A stretch of 64,000 bases of DNA from Eledone cirrhosa (GCA_964016885.1 OZ024740.1:391592001-391656000); one strand, 5' to 3'; numbered from the stretch's first letter, positions 13,794 through 29,049 are shown. Numbers and translations are program-made. Notes: generated by a model from the sequence alone, not told the origin.

Positions 13794-15890
13794 ATATACG
13801 ATATTAAACAAATGGAAACTATATTTATAAAACCATATTTATTTCATTATACATATTTCGGGGATACCATATTAAAAATATGGCATGCCTTCTTCAGATA
13901 AAATACAATATATAAACAGTTTTGTAAATAATGTTGACGTACCATAAATATTGATCAACTTTTATGTAAGAAGTTGGTTTGGTAGTGAAATGTTTATAAA
14001 TATTTAGTGTTAAGCACAGTTAAAAAGAAAGACGGAGAAAAAGAAGAAATGTATGTAAAGAAAAACAGAGAGAAATAGAGAGAGATAGGGGAGAGAGAAA
14101 TAGTGAGGAGGTGAAAAAAGAGACGCAGCTGAGGCAACAGATGAATAATAATAATTCATCATACAAATTGAGAGATTTAGGAGGGAGGGAGTACTGTAAT
14201 TATTTAGTTATAGTGTTAAGGAGACGGAGAGAAATAAAAAATGAAGAGAAAACAGAGAGAGAGAGAAAGATAGAGGTGGGGGGAAAAAGAGGTAGACCAA
14301 ATAATAATAATTATTATATATGGGGAGGTGAGAGAAATAGGAGAGAAGTAAGAGAGAAAACAAGAGAGAAACTCGAGAGGCAAAGTTAAAATAACCGATA
14401 CTTAGACTTCATCAAATATAAAGAGGGAGGAGAAGAAAGAGCTATATCTAGAGAGAGGGATGATAGATTTACATCTTTACGTTATGTCCTATCAATTTGA
14501 ATTATCAATTCATATGAATTGGGTATTATAATGTAAATATCAATATTCATGAATGAGACATAGATATATAATGTGTGAAAAATAATGACCATATGTTTAG
14601 TTTAAAATTCTGAGGTCGATGTACCAAAAACTGAGATAAAACTTCAAAAAATACGGAAATATATAAGTATATATGTACTTTCCGGAAAAGGAAAGAAAGA
14701 GAAAAAGAGAAGGTCATCTCAAGTTCTAGTTGATACTATAGACATACCCATGATCTTACGTGATCAACTCTGTAATTTCTTGTTTCACATAAAAAATTGT
14801 TTCCCTTGTGTTATAAAAGATTTTACTATATATATATATACATAAAAAATATATATTAATACTCCTGCCCTCACATACATGATTATCGTTCATGTATAGA
14901 ATATTATGCATATCTGTAACATATCCAGAACTATACCCACACATACATATATATATATATATGTATGCACACATATATGTACATGGACAGATAAAATAAA
15001 CAGATAAAATAAAATATACTCTGTAATCATTCCATATTCATATTAATACATATGGCCTTTGTACAGAGACAACCAGATATTAATATATCAGCACAGAGAT
15101 ATCAAAACGTTAAAAATATTTTCATCACTCCCTAGAGTATCTCGGGCCGTAAAAAACACAGTATGCACCCCATATCAACCACAGAAATCTACCCTTCCAA
15201 TTTATCTGACAATATATTGCCAAGTTCATTAGAAGCAATCAGAATCAAAAAGCAAACAAAAACCAAAAATTATTCAACAAAACTTATTTAGCAGAAATCA
15301 TTTAAAAGATTTAGGAGACCCTGTTGTTCTACAGATGCTCTTATATTTAGTATAGAAGTTTATCTAGCGTAAAATTTATTCAATAGATTGGGAGCATCTA
15401 CATTTTAGGGTAGTTTAATTACATCATTAGTATATATTTATGAAGAAGGTTTAAAAGAAAAAGTTGAAGGAATCGAAAGATTTATCGTCAGGTTTCATAG
15501 ATTAATTAAATATCTTAACTAATTATACTACATTTTAAATTTATATTTATATTTAAACGTTGAGTTCAATCTATGTCTGCAGCAACTGAATAAATTGCTC
15601 CTTAAATTAAGGGAATTTTTAGATTTTAATATAAAGAATATCTCCTCCACACAGAGGTCACATGTCTCAGATGAGGAATTAAAAGGAATCCCTCTTGAGA
15701 CAATATTCCAAAACATCGAATACCCAACGTTATCATGTTTAAGTTGCCAGAGTAAGCCTGATATTGAAGTTGAAGATTTCTTGTTTGGATCTGTGAAAGA
15801 ATTCTTATGAAGAATTCTTATGAAGAAATCTTCAACTTCACTATCAGGCTTACTCTGGCAACTTAAACATGACAACGTTGGGTATTCGAT
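13794..15890 (-). mobile_element. 5'-truncated Naiad-type copy: GIY-YIG C-terminus (15528-15820), long 3' region, hammerhead 13843-13903, 5' fold-back 15715-15890
   Basis: ORF 15528..15875 HKNSF..CDLCVEE..LNLRSNLFSCCRH is paralogous to 3-854; minus strand CTGAAGA..GAAA-tatgta-TA. Confidence 0.85.
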
Positions 15891-15891
15891 C

Positions 15892-16110
15892 GTTCAATCG
15901 ACTGACAGGAAGGTGCTGATGACAGCTAATAAGCTAGAAACTAGTTCATCGTTCCTTTGTCTTGTCAGTGTTGAGCAAAAGGGCAACGATGGTTGCCGAA
16001 CTAACCGAACATTATAATAAATGTTCGGTAAACCCATACGTACATATATATATATATATGTGCATGTATGTATATACATACTACTGTACGTCTGTATACA
16101 TATATGTATG
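15892..16110 (+). mobile_element. Family B fragment with hammerhead at 15913-15949
   Basis: gtg-CTGATGA-cagctaataagcta-GAAA-CTAG-TT-cat; homologous to 19190-19460. Confidence 0.7.
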
Positions 16111-16122
16111 TACGTATACATA

Positions 16123-16197
<75 letters not shown>

Positions 16198-16335
16198 GCA
16201 GTATTAATGTGCTGACATAGACGTAACAGGGGTCGTGTGTTGGAGCATATTTGAGATACTTATGTATAATGTACATTCGTTTAGCTTCGCTATGGAATTT
16301 TAATTAACTGTGATCATGTCGCTGCTAGTAGATAC

Positions 16336-16688
16336 AAAGGGAGATCACCCTGAAGACACCATTTCTGGATATTTATCCGTCCTCATAGTGGCTTACTATT
16401 TTACTGCCAACACAAAATAAGATGAAAACCCACTTTGAAATACATTTGGAAAGCTACATGCTGCAATATACAACCTTTGTTGCGTCTCACGCCATGTCAA
16501 TGAATTACTACGGTTTATCAATTTGAGCCGGTCAGCTTTTGCTCTGTATGCAATTGAGCATCATCAGCCCATGTCCATAAGCCAAAAATCTAGAAGGTTT
16601 AAGCTTATTTTATCTAGGAAACAAATGAATAAACCTATCGGAGGCGGATAAAAATCCAGAAATGGTGCCATCAGTTTGATCTCCCTTT
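16336..16688. mobile_element. Candidate MITE with ~50-bp imperfect terminal inverted repeats
   Basis: aaagggagatcaccctgaagacaccatttctggatatttatccg versus cggataaaaatccagaaatggtgccatcagtttgatctcccttt. Confidence 0.55.
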
Positions 16689-16840
16689 ATTGCTAAGAAT
16701 AACAGTGGCATGATCAAAGATAATTAAAGATTCATGGTGAGCTTACAAGGATGTTTATAATACATAAACATATCGATAAACATTTCGTATATGCCCCAAT
16801 ATACAATCCCTCATTTATGTATGTATATATATATATATAC

Positions 16841-16893
<53 letters not shown>

Positions 16894-16979
16894 TGTGTCT
16901 GTGTGTGTGAGTGTGTGTGTGTGCGTGTGTATGTGTGTACATTCATAGACGATATATGTTGTAATCATTATGTATTCGG

Positions 16980-17166
16980 GGTGGTGAATTGGCAGTATCG
17001 GTAGAGAGTCGGACGCCATGCTTTGCAGCATAGTTACGTCCCTTTACGATCTGAGTTCAAATCCCGCCGAGGTTAACTTTGCCTTTCTTCCTTACGGGGT
17101 CGATAAAATAAAGTACCAGTAATGTACTGGGTAATTGCTGGCCTTGTGCCAAAAGTAGAAACAATT
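16980..17166 (+). mobile_element. Full SINE with 13-bp target-site duplication ATTATGTATTCGG
   Basis: A and B boxes, core; duplication at 16967-16979 and 17164-17176. Confidence 0.9.
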
Positions 17167-17214
17167 ATGTATTCGGAAACATCCGATATATTTACACACA
17201 GACAAACACACACT

Positions 17215-17250
<36 letters not shown>

Positions 17251-17312
17251 GACAGATATCTCCATATATGTGCAAATATATATGTATATATATATTTACA
17301 TATATATATATA

Positions 17313-17619
17313 TTAGAAAGTGAGGTTTTTTTTAGAAAATGAAAAATAACCGAGGTGTCCTACACGAGTGAAAGTATAAAGAAAAAAGCTGAAATCGAAA
17401 ATGCAACTGGAGTCTTATTTAAAAAATATATATATTTATTTGGTTCCTTTACCGGTTTCGCTGAGATGGAGGGTCTGTGGTTTTTCTCACTGTGAGAAAA
17501 CCACAGACCCTCCATCTCAACTCTACTTTTGAAAAGCAGAAGAACTGCGAAACCGGTAAAGGAACAAAATAAATATATATTTTAAAAAAAATAAGACTCC
17601 AGTTGCATTTTCGATTTCA
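17313..17619. mobile_element. Fold-back element (apex 17491) with U3-A8 hammerhead at 17526-17561 (+); related single-arm copy ~35905-36060
   Basis: ctt-TTGAAAA-gcag aagaa ctgc-GAAA-CCGG-TA-aag; arms 17390-17490 and 17492-17619. Confidence 0.75.
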
Positions 17620-18014
<395 letters not shown>

Positions 18015-18236
18015 GTGTTTGACTGACTGAACATACACATGCTCTTTCTCCATTTTGCTCCTACATCTTCTTATTCTCTATATTTCTATTTCTTCTCATA
18101 TTTCTCATTAATTCGATCTTCTGATGAAGGACTACTGTCTGAAGCGTGAAGACTCTTTCCCTAATATATCAAGCGATAAATTAATATGTGTCTTCATTAT
18201 CCCGGGCAGTTTGTTTTGTTGCTTTCGTTTCCTTTT

Positions 18237-18278
<42 letters not shown>

Positions 18279-18281
<3 letters not shown>

Positions 18282-19773
18282 ACTAGAAATTGATTAACAT
18301 ATAAATAAACATGAATAATCACAGGAGATAATTTTTACAAGTGTGTAACCACACATAGCTAGGTAGGTAACTAAATAAAGTTGACCAGAACTTCAAAAAT
18401 AGATACCTTATAATATGATTAATGCAAAAAATGAAAGAAATTTCATTTCCCACTCTTAGTAAGGCTGTTACTTAAATATAAGTATGTACACGTACATACA
18501 TATATGTATACAGACGTACAGTAGTATGTATATATATATACATACATGCACACATATATATATGTACGTATGGATTCACCGAACATTTATTATAATGCTC
18601 GGTGTGTTTGTAAACAAACATCCCGTATTAAACCGTAGTGTCTAGCAACCATCGTTGCTCGTTTGTTCAACACTGACAAAGGAACGCTGTACTAGTTTCA
18701 AGCTTATTAGCTATCGTCAGTAACTTATACCTTCCTGCCAGATTGTTGAACGTATATACTTACCTTATGCATATTAACGGCTGAGTAGCCAAATTTGCAT
18801 ATCGAGTGGGTTAATCGGCCGGGTGCACCGAAAACGATAAACGGAAAAAATGAAAGAAATTTCATTTCCCACTCTTAGTACGGCTGTTACTTAAATATAA
18901 GTATGTACACGTACATACATATATGTATACAGACGTACAGTAGTATGTATATATACATACATGCACACATATATATATGTACGTATGGATTTACCGAATA
19001 TTTATTATAATGCTCGGTGTGTTTGTAAACAAACATCCCGTATTAAGCCGTAGTGTCTAGCAACCATCGTTGCTCGTTTGTTCAACACTGACAAAGGAAC
19101 GCTGTACTAGTTTCAAGCTTATTAGCTATCGTCAGCAATATGCAAATTAGGCTACTCAGCCGTTAATATGCATAAGGTAAGTATATATGTTCAACAATCT
19201 GGCAGGAAGGTATACGTTGCTGACGATAGCTAATAAGCTTGAAACTAGTACAGCGTTCCTTTGTCAGTGTTGAACAAACGAGCAACGATGGTTGCTAGAC
19301 ACTACGGTTTAATACGGGATGTTTGTTTACAAACACACCGAGCATTATAATAAATGTTCGGTGAATCCATACGTACATATATATATGTGTGCATGTATGT
19401 ATATATATATACATACTACTGTACGTCTGTATACCTATATGCTTGTACGTGTACATACTAATATGATTAATCTTCCCTGTATATATTCCATTAAAGAAAT
19501 ATATTTCACCAATTAATCGAATGGTAAACCACAGATGCCGAGACTTGGATTTTCAACAAGGAAGGCATCTGTGGTTTACCATTCGATTAATTGGTGAAAT
19601 ATATTTCTTTAATGGAATATATACAGGGAAGATTAATCATATTATAAGGTATCTATTTTTGAAGTTCTGGTCAACTTTATTTAGTTACCTACCTAGCTAT
19701 GTGTGGTTACACACTTGTAAAAAATATCTCCTGTGATTATTCATGTTTATTTATATGTTAATCAATTTCTAGT

Positions 19774-19856
<83 letters not shown>

Positions 19857-20019
19857 TATGCATAGTGCATATTGAATGATATACAGGATGTTTATGAAAT
19901 GCTCGGACCTACTCGTTAGAATCTTAGAGCTTATTTTGCGGGTGATATGGCGCATGTCTTTCTGGCATGACACCCATAATTTTGATTTAGATTAAATTCA
20001 TTTGATTTATCTTAATTTT

Positions 20020-20022
<3 letters not shown>
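18279..20022. mobile_element. Family B compound insertion: inverted and tandem segments, three hammerheads (18684-18724 -, 19099-19138 -, 19214-19256 +), perfect 81-bp hairpin 19459-19644
   Basis: 18279-18423 is the reverse complement of 19632-19775; 18426-18720 is repeated at 18845-19135; flanked by (TA)n. Confidence 0.8.
19214..19256 (+). ncRNA. Minimal type-I hammerhead ribozyme motif
   Basis: acgttg-CTGACGA-tAGCTaataAGCTt-GAAA-CTAG-TA-cagcgt; 6-bp helix I; palindromic ACTAGT. Confidence 0.8.
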
Positions 20023-20065
<43 letters not shown>

Positions 20066-20222
20066 TATTAAGGATACTATTTATGGTTATGTATATACTA
20101 AAACTTTTTATAGTTATATATATTTTAAACCCTAAACAGTGAAAGACAGTAATTTATTACTACCTTATTACCAGTAAGATAAATAGCTCAATGTAATAAC
20201 ATCAGTTGTTCTACAGAGCAGT

Positions 20223-20869
<647 letters not shown>

Positions 20870-20872
20870 AAT

Positions 20873-20961
<89 letters not shown>

Positions 20962-21075
20962 TATATATATATATATATATGTCTGCTAATATACAAATCA
21001 GGCCGATCAGTCACTGTGTATTTTTGAAAATAGCATATATTTTAACTAGTTCTGACAGTTTGGTAGGTGAACAGT

Positions 21076-21125
21076 GAGCTGTACTGATGAAGGGTGATAC
21101 CCCGAAACATTAGTGTCTGCAGTTC
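21076..21125 (+). ncRNA. Type-I hammerhead ribozyme motif
   Basis: gagctgta-CTGATGA-agggtgatacccc-GAAA-cattagtg-TC-tgcagttc; 8-bp helix I including G-U pairs. Confidence 0.75.
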
Positions 21126-21239
21126 TGTTCGCATGCCAACATAAGAGCAAGAATGAAGGGTTCATTCTACTGACATGGCTATACAATTGAGGCTTGTTTG
21201 CATAATTGCAAACGAATCGAATGTTAGTATTAATATTCA

Positions 21240-21345
21240 ATCTGAGTTCAAATTCCGCCGAGGTTAACTTTGCCTGTCAATAAAATAAAGTACCAGTAAT
21301 GTACTGGGTAATTGCTGGCCTTGTGCCAAAAGTAGAAACAATTAT
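21240..21345 (+). mobile_element. 5'-truncated SINE with target-site duplication TATTAATATTC
   Basis: B box and 3' end; duplication on both sides. Confidence 0.75.
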
Positions 21346-21417
21346 TAATATTCGAAAAACTCAGAATACATTTATTGTATTCAGCCATGTAGAGCGACAT
21401 TTTCTTTTATATATATA

Positions 21418-21551
21418 TATTATAAGGTATCTATTTTTGAAGTTCTGGTTAACTTTATTTAGTTACCTACCTAGCTATGCGTGCTTACACGCTTGTAAAA
21501 ATTATCTTCTGTGATTATTCATGTTTATTTATATGTTAATTAATTTCTAGT

Positions 21552-21614
<63 letters not shown>

Positions 21615-21657
21615 TATGCATATTGCATATTGAATGATATACAGGATGTTTATGAAA
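21418..21657 (+). mobile_element. Family B 3' fragment
   Basis: Near-identical to 19640-19897, including the internal (TA)n(GA)n. Confidence 0.75.
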
Positions 21658-22185
21658 GACATTTGCAGGCCTTTCACTATGCATTTTAAGGTTGTGACCA
21701 TCGTCACATACCTAGCTTCAGCAAAACAGGGGGAGGTAATCGACGATGTTGCCACTTGTTAGTGTTTATCGAGATTACATATCTCCATTCCTTTGCTGAA
21801 GATAAAGTAAGCTAGATTCTTTTAGAATTCTCCTTGTATTTATGAGCTGATGAAACGCATTTTCATACGGAGCTGTAGCTGGCTCGGCATGAACTAAACA
21901 TTTGTATTGGTGCTCCTACATAGCGATATACATATAGATGTATGTATTGTATATTGAATAATATACGGGATGCTTATGAAAAAAATTTGAAGGCTCATAA
22001 ACATAAGCAGAATTCTCTAAGAATTGGATGTTATGTAAATTCCAAACAAAGAGTTGTGTTTCAATATTAGAAACCAGCTCTCTCTCTCCATTGGTAAAAA
22101 TGTATACAATATTAAAACCAGAAGAAAATACATACATATATATACATACATACATACATACATATATACAAACATATACACATAG

Positions 22186-22301
<116 letters not shown>

Positions 22302-24577
22302 CAAACATACATGCATACCTACATACATATATACATACATACATAAAACCAGAAGAACATACATATATACATACATATATACATACATACATATATACAT
22401 ACATACATACATACATACATACATACATAAAACCAGAAGAACATACATACATACCTGTGTGCGTATATTTGTTGGATATTATTTGTGAACACGTTATACC
22501 TGTTATCGGTATACCGGAAAGATAAAAATTCAAAGCTGACCTTGGTGGGGTTTGCGTTCAGAATACAAGGAGCTGGAATTAACACCACAAGGTATTTTGT
22601 TCGACCCTCTAACACTTTTGCCAATTCACCGATACATACGTATACATATTTCTACGATGTGCTTTGAATTCAACGTCCTATCATTAGATTCAAAAGCTAT
22701 ATATATATTTGTTTTGCTTTTTTCTTTATTGATGAGATCGTACTTTCATTGAATAATAAATAATTTCAGACATCCTCCTGAGAAGTTTAATTGCAGCTAG
22801 TGTATCCCTATTATTGTTACAAAGTATAATATTGATTTCTTACTTTGGAGCAGGGCTACGTATTTTCAGGGGAAAAATTTAATCAATAAAATCGAATTCT
22901 TACATACTTGCAAGCAATTATGAACCCCAGAGTGGTCTGAGAAATTTGACTATAGAATTTAAAATGAAAATAAATACTGTAAAACATTTAGTCTAGCCAT
23001 CATTTTGCTATCCGACTAGTATACTATATCGGAAATCAGTGAACGTTTTAGTTATATATGTCTTTAAAAACGTATGAATTAATAATTATCTCACAAAAAC
23101 ATAATCGATTTCTTGACCTTTCCTGATCAGATGGTTTCATTATTGAGTGATTATCTCTATTCATTTCTATTTATACATGGTGTAAAAGTTGAGCTTAACA
23201 ATCCAAATCAATTGAAACTTTGTAAGCTATATAGTACTCTCTTCTTTTCTTTTTTTTTACAGCATTTTAATATCCCTTTTCCTATTTTCTTTTATGATCC
23301 AAGGAAAAATCACAAGTAGAAGCGGGTCGACATTAAATTCAAGTTTCATTCAACATTCTAGATTTGTGAGATCATATACTGTAGTCTCTTGAAAGATCTT
23401 CAGATAATTTATATAATTATTGTAATTATTTAATAGTGAATCAGAGTTGTTTGTCATTATGTATTCATTCTTCGCAAAAATATGTTTGAATCAATAAATG
23501 ATCTTAACCACCATCTTTCAGTTCAACTAATAACTACCAACTAGATAATTGCATGTTATTTTACTGACTTCATGTCTTCATGTCTGATGGAAGGCACTAC
23601 ATAGTTGATAATTGATTCATTATTTAGGAGTTCTATGTTCAAATACTTCCATTAGTAGGACTAGACAAATTGCATTAAGATAAATGATGTTATTGTGAGT
23701 CTAAGAGGTAGAGATATCACTTTAATATCATAATGACACTGCAAAATACAGTATGCGCTTTAGTCCTGCCTTATTAGAAGTAAATATGATCTATTACGCC
23801 TAGGTATTTATTAACAGTATTCAGCGTATAGAGAAAGAAAATTAAATAGCTTAGAATATTATCCATTAGTCTACGTTTTTATTGCTTTTTACATTTTCTT
23901 TATTGGAATCGTCAGATGATTTTTTCTGAAATCCTAACAGCCTAATTCAACTATTCTTGCGTTTAGTTACTTTTTACTGTATTTAATTTTTATAGGAAAA
24001 TTACTAAATTGTATTGAGAAAATTATTTGTAAATCTTAATTTTTATAAGTAATTTTTTCAGCTCATCACTCAAGTTTCTGAAGACTATTCTGATAAACTC
24101 TAATATACCTAAATATTTCCATTGTTGTACTTGTTTGAAAACAATGAATAGATTTTCTTTAAGTTTGTAAATTAATTTTTAAGTTTAATTCTTAATGTTT
24201 TAATTAACTTTTAATTTCTTTGAGATCCCCTAAAAACCTTTTCGAGCTCATTTCGTTTTTTTCCCCCAGCTAAGCGGAAAATTTTAAGTAAATTGATTTT
24301 TTTTTGTATGGATGTTATTCGGTACATCACTCATTTTATGTCAACAAAATAAGATCACAAATCGAGCAGACCAGTATTGATTTCAAATTATGATATATAA
24401 TGACAAAACAATATAGTAAGTAAGCCAATATACGAGTGTGAATTTTATTGTGAACTCACATATACAAATATGCATGAGAGTTTGTGTGTGTAATATATAT
24501 GAGTGTATACATACATACACACACACACACACATATATATATGAATATATGTATATGTATATATATATGAAAATATG

Positions 24578-24631
<54 letters not shown>

Positions 24632-24635
<4 letters not shown>

Positions 24636-26230
24636 AAAGAACACAAGAGCGTCTACAACATCAAAAAGATTTTTATTGGCTTACAATGTTTCTTCCTTAC
24701 GTAACCGTAGGATTCGTCAGAGCTATAAAAGGGGTTTGATTGGTGTTATGGACTCTACCAACCAAACATTCAAGAACAAAGAGTAAAGAGAGTAAAGAGC
24801 AAAAGTAGGGGACGATAAGTCTAATTTTAGTGCGGGAGGGTGGGGTGTGGGTCCTTGTTTACTAGCTGCGGTCATATTCATTCCCGGGAGTCGAGTGGTT
24901 AGCTGAACCATAGATGGGGTGGCGTCGATAGTATGGTGCAGAGGCTACACAAACACAAAGGGCATACAATATATATATATATAACGGAGGAGAAAGTACA
25001 TGAGGTAATTAGAAATGGAAAAAGAGTAATAATAATAATAATCTATAATTAATAATGTATAATAAGGCATGGGGAAGATTACACTATAATAAGGTATAAA
25101 AGTAAGAATAAGGTAAAATATAAAGGAGGATAAAAGTGGAAATAATAAAGATAAAAAATATATATGTAAAAAAAAAAAAAAAAAAATATATAGAGAATAT
25201 ATAAAGAAATATAAGCGAATATTTGGAGGGGCAAACACAAAGTAAAAAAACCGATTTTTTCAAATAAAAATAAAAATATTATAATTATGGGGGAGAAAAC
25301 GGGATAGAGAAATATGATCAAATGTGATTAGTTGAGAGAATATAAGATGATAATAGTTATGTCAAGTTTATACATCTTAATAATAAATAATCTGTGTATC
25401 AGAGTTACAGAACCTTCAATTCACTTACAGGTTCAAGCCACGTGGCATGGTCCATTGTTTATCTGTGCGGTCATGCGCGTTTGTTTTAGACACCACAGCA
25501 GATGCACAAGTTCGTAAATTCCAATGCAGATAGAAATCTATTTTTGCTCACCCGGACATTGACGGAGGATCCAATATTCCTAGTTCAATATGTGTGTGGT
25601 GTTATTTTGGTCGCACAAATCAATCACTTGGTTCAATATTATGGAGTATGGTTTTCTGGTCTTCGTAACAGTGTCAGTGGTTGTATATCTCGAAATCACA
25701 AGGATCACAGTACTCCGGTTTGGTGTGATTATCGGTCATCCAGCTATGTTGTTGGTGGTTGGATTCAATTCTATTAGCCCGAACATTGAACTTTGGTGTC
25801 GATAGAACATTAACGAGGCAGGGTGAGATATATACCTATATATATATATATATATATAACAGTTACATAACCTAAAACAGCTGCTATCTACAAACTTTTA
25901 GTTATGCAGGCATTCAATATTCCAATGTTATTATTTACTGTCATTTCATCAGAATAATATTACTGAGGACCTATTTAGTTTTTATAGAGAATATTAGGAG
26001 GGAGGGGTGAAGTTGTTAGAAGAATAGTTGAAGGAGTGGTTTTTCGATAGCAGTGAGAATTCTTGGTGGCAGTGAGTAATTAGATTCCCATCTGTTGTTT
26101 TGACATTTTTTATAGAATATATTATTGGTTATTTTTCTAAATCTATAGAAGGATTAGAGATAGTAAAGATATGGGTGGTTGGTTTTGTGTTTGCACTTAA
26201 TTAACATTCAGACTTAAATTTTTCTTTCAA
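24632..26230 (-). mobile_element. Highly decayed Penelope-like remnant with terminal hammerhead at 24679-24723
   Basis: Minus strand gct-CTGACGA..GAAA-catt-GTA-agc; minus-strand ..WTMPRGLNL* near 25425-25455 resembles a GIY-YIG C-terminus. Confidence 0.45.
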
Positions 26231-26592
26231 GTGTACGTATCCTTTCACCCACGCATTCATACACAAATATATTTGCACACCTCTACAAAATACATATACT
26301 CACAATTCACATATTCATACTTACATATATATATACACATGCATACACATATATATACACACATGTATTCATGTACATACATACGCGCTCATGTGTACAC
26401 ACATACACATACATACACATCTATATACACATACATACATACACACACACACATATATATAAGCACTTTAATACATGAATACACTTACATCTAACTATAC
26501 ACATCAAACATATATATATATTTACTTATTTATATACATTTTCACATATAATATAATAGATAATGATAATAATAATAATATTAAAAGGCCCA

Positions 26593-26626
<34 letters not shown>

Positions 26627-27720
26627 CAATACACATATCCATCAATACAAACACAAACTAACACTTATTAAGAGTTTAAATATAAGTAAAAATAAAAATA
26701 TAATACATATATTATTTACAGTATAAAATGATAAAGAAATGAGTAAAAATAAACATATAATATATAATATACTATATAATTATATAATTTATAATCTCCG
26801 GTCAATTTGCACAAACAATATAAATATTACAATAACACTATAATAACAATATTATAATATATTGGCATATAACTTAACGAATCATATAAAGTTACACACA
26901 GGGCGAGAAAAAAAAAATATCATATAGAACTAAATTGTGTTGAAAAAATTGTGCTGGAAAAATATCTATACCGTTGTAAGAAAACAGACGTAGGTCAAGT
27001 TTTTATACAATTGGTAGAAATAAATATTATCTAAACATTACAAAAATTATAAAAATATAAACATATTACAGAATTTACAAAATTTAACATAAGGGTACAT
27101 TGAATAATCGGTAAATATTTAAGATCTATAGTACGATTACATAGAGTGATATGATATAACAACTTCAATATCAAATAATGAACATAGTATAATATACATA
27201 ATTACATGGTTGGTAGACAGACATATGTGAATAAGTGAATAAGAACCAGACAGAAACTACGCACGGTAGTAAAAATATATAAATAAAATCAACCAGAAAT
27301 CGAAAAACAAAAACAAATATATTTACTAAGGTGTCACAAGCAGTTAAGTAAAAAAATTAGGAATCAAACCCGGATAAATGACTAGAAAACCCTATTAAAT
27401 TAATTAATATTGAAAGTATTTAAAATACATAATAAGTCAATACAAAATTAGCTATGGTTTAAGTAATCAAAATCTCCAAAGTTTAAGATATCTCAATAAA
27501 AATATCCAGAATAGAATGAAATATTCTACTATCAGTTGAATAACGTTATCTAATAAACGGACTTTAAATAGAACTATGGTAGGCCAATGGGGACAGAAAA
27601 AAGAAAGGTATGAAGGATACGAAGGAGCATAAAATCATAATCAATATACTGTATTATACAAAAGAAAGGAGTATAAAAGGGAATTGAATATAATTATAGT
27701 ACAATTGAATAGCTTTACTT

Positions 27721-27758
27721 GCCCTGATGAGTCCTTAATAGGACGAAACATTGTTGGC
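27721..27758 (+). ncRNA. Minimal type-I hammerhead ribozyme motif
   Basis: gcc-CTGATGA-GTCC ttaata GGAC-GAAA-catt-GTT-ggc; about 50 nt upstream of (TA)n. Confidence 0.85.
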
Positions 27759-27829
27759 TAATAAAGACTTTTGATGTATTGAAGGCTTCTTTGGTTTATT
27801 TTCATAATATATATATATATATAAATATA

Positions 27830-27965
<136 letters not shown>

Positions 27966-28099
27966 GATATATATATTGGGAAATCCTTGGCACAGTTAGG
28001 TATATTTGAAAAAAAGGAAAAGAATGGCTTCACTTGTAGTGTTAACAAATTTTTTGATTTAATTTTATAATATTATAATATTATAACTCATAATATTAC

Positions 28100-28285
28100 A
28101 ATTGTTTCTACTTTTGGCACAAGGCCAGCAATTAACCAGTGCATTACTGGTACTTTATTTTATCGACCCAGTAAGGATGAAAGGCAAAGTTAACCTCGGC
28201 GGGATTTTATCTCAAATCATAAAGGGAGGTAACTCTATGCTTCAAAGCATGGTGTCCGACCCTCTACCGATACTGCCAATCCACA
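28100..28285 (-). mobile_element. SINE lying between short inverted arms (28005-28047 and 28302-28343)
   Basis: SINE boxes and core; arms match the terminus at 12681-12720. Confidence 0.8.
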
Positions 28286-28340
28286 ATTAAATAAAAGAAA
28301 ATGTTAACACTACAAGTGAAGTCATTCTTTTCTTTTTTTT

Positions 28341-29049
<709 letters not shown>

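Noticed and set aside
18121-18155. CTGATGA-stem-GAAG, and isolated CTGANGA at 4445, 21848, 32634 and 54884
   Set aside because: GAAA, stem III or helix I is missing, so not counted as hammerheads.
19521-19736. Repeated 71-aa ORF MVNHRCRDLDFQQGR (also 39160)
   Set aside because: Recurs because the DNA repeat recurs; overlaps a palindrome and has no recognisable domain.
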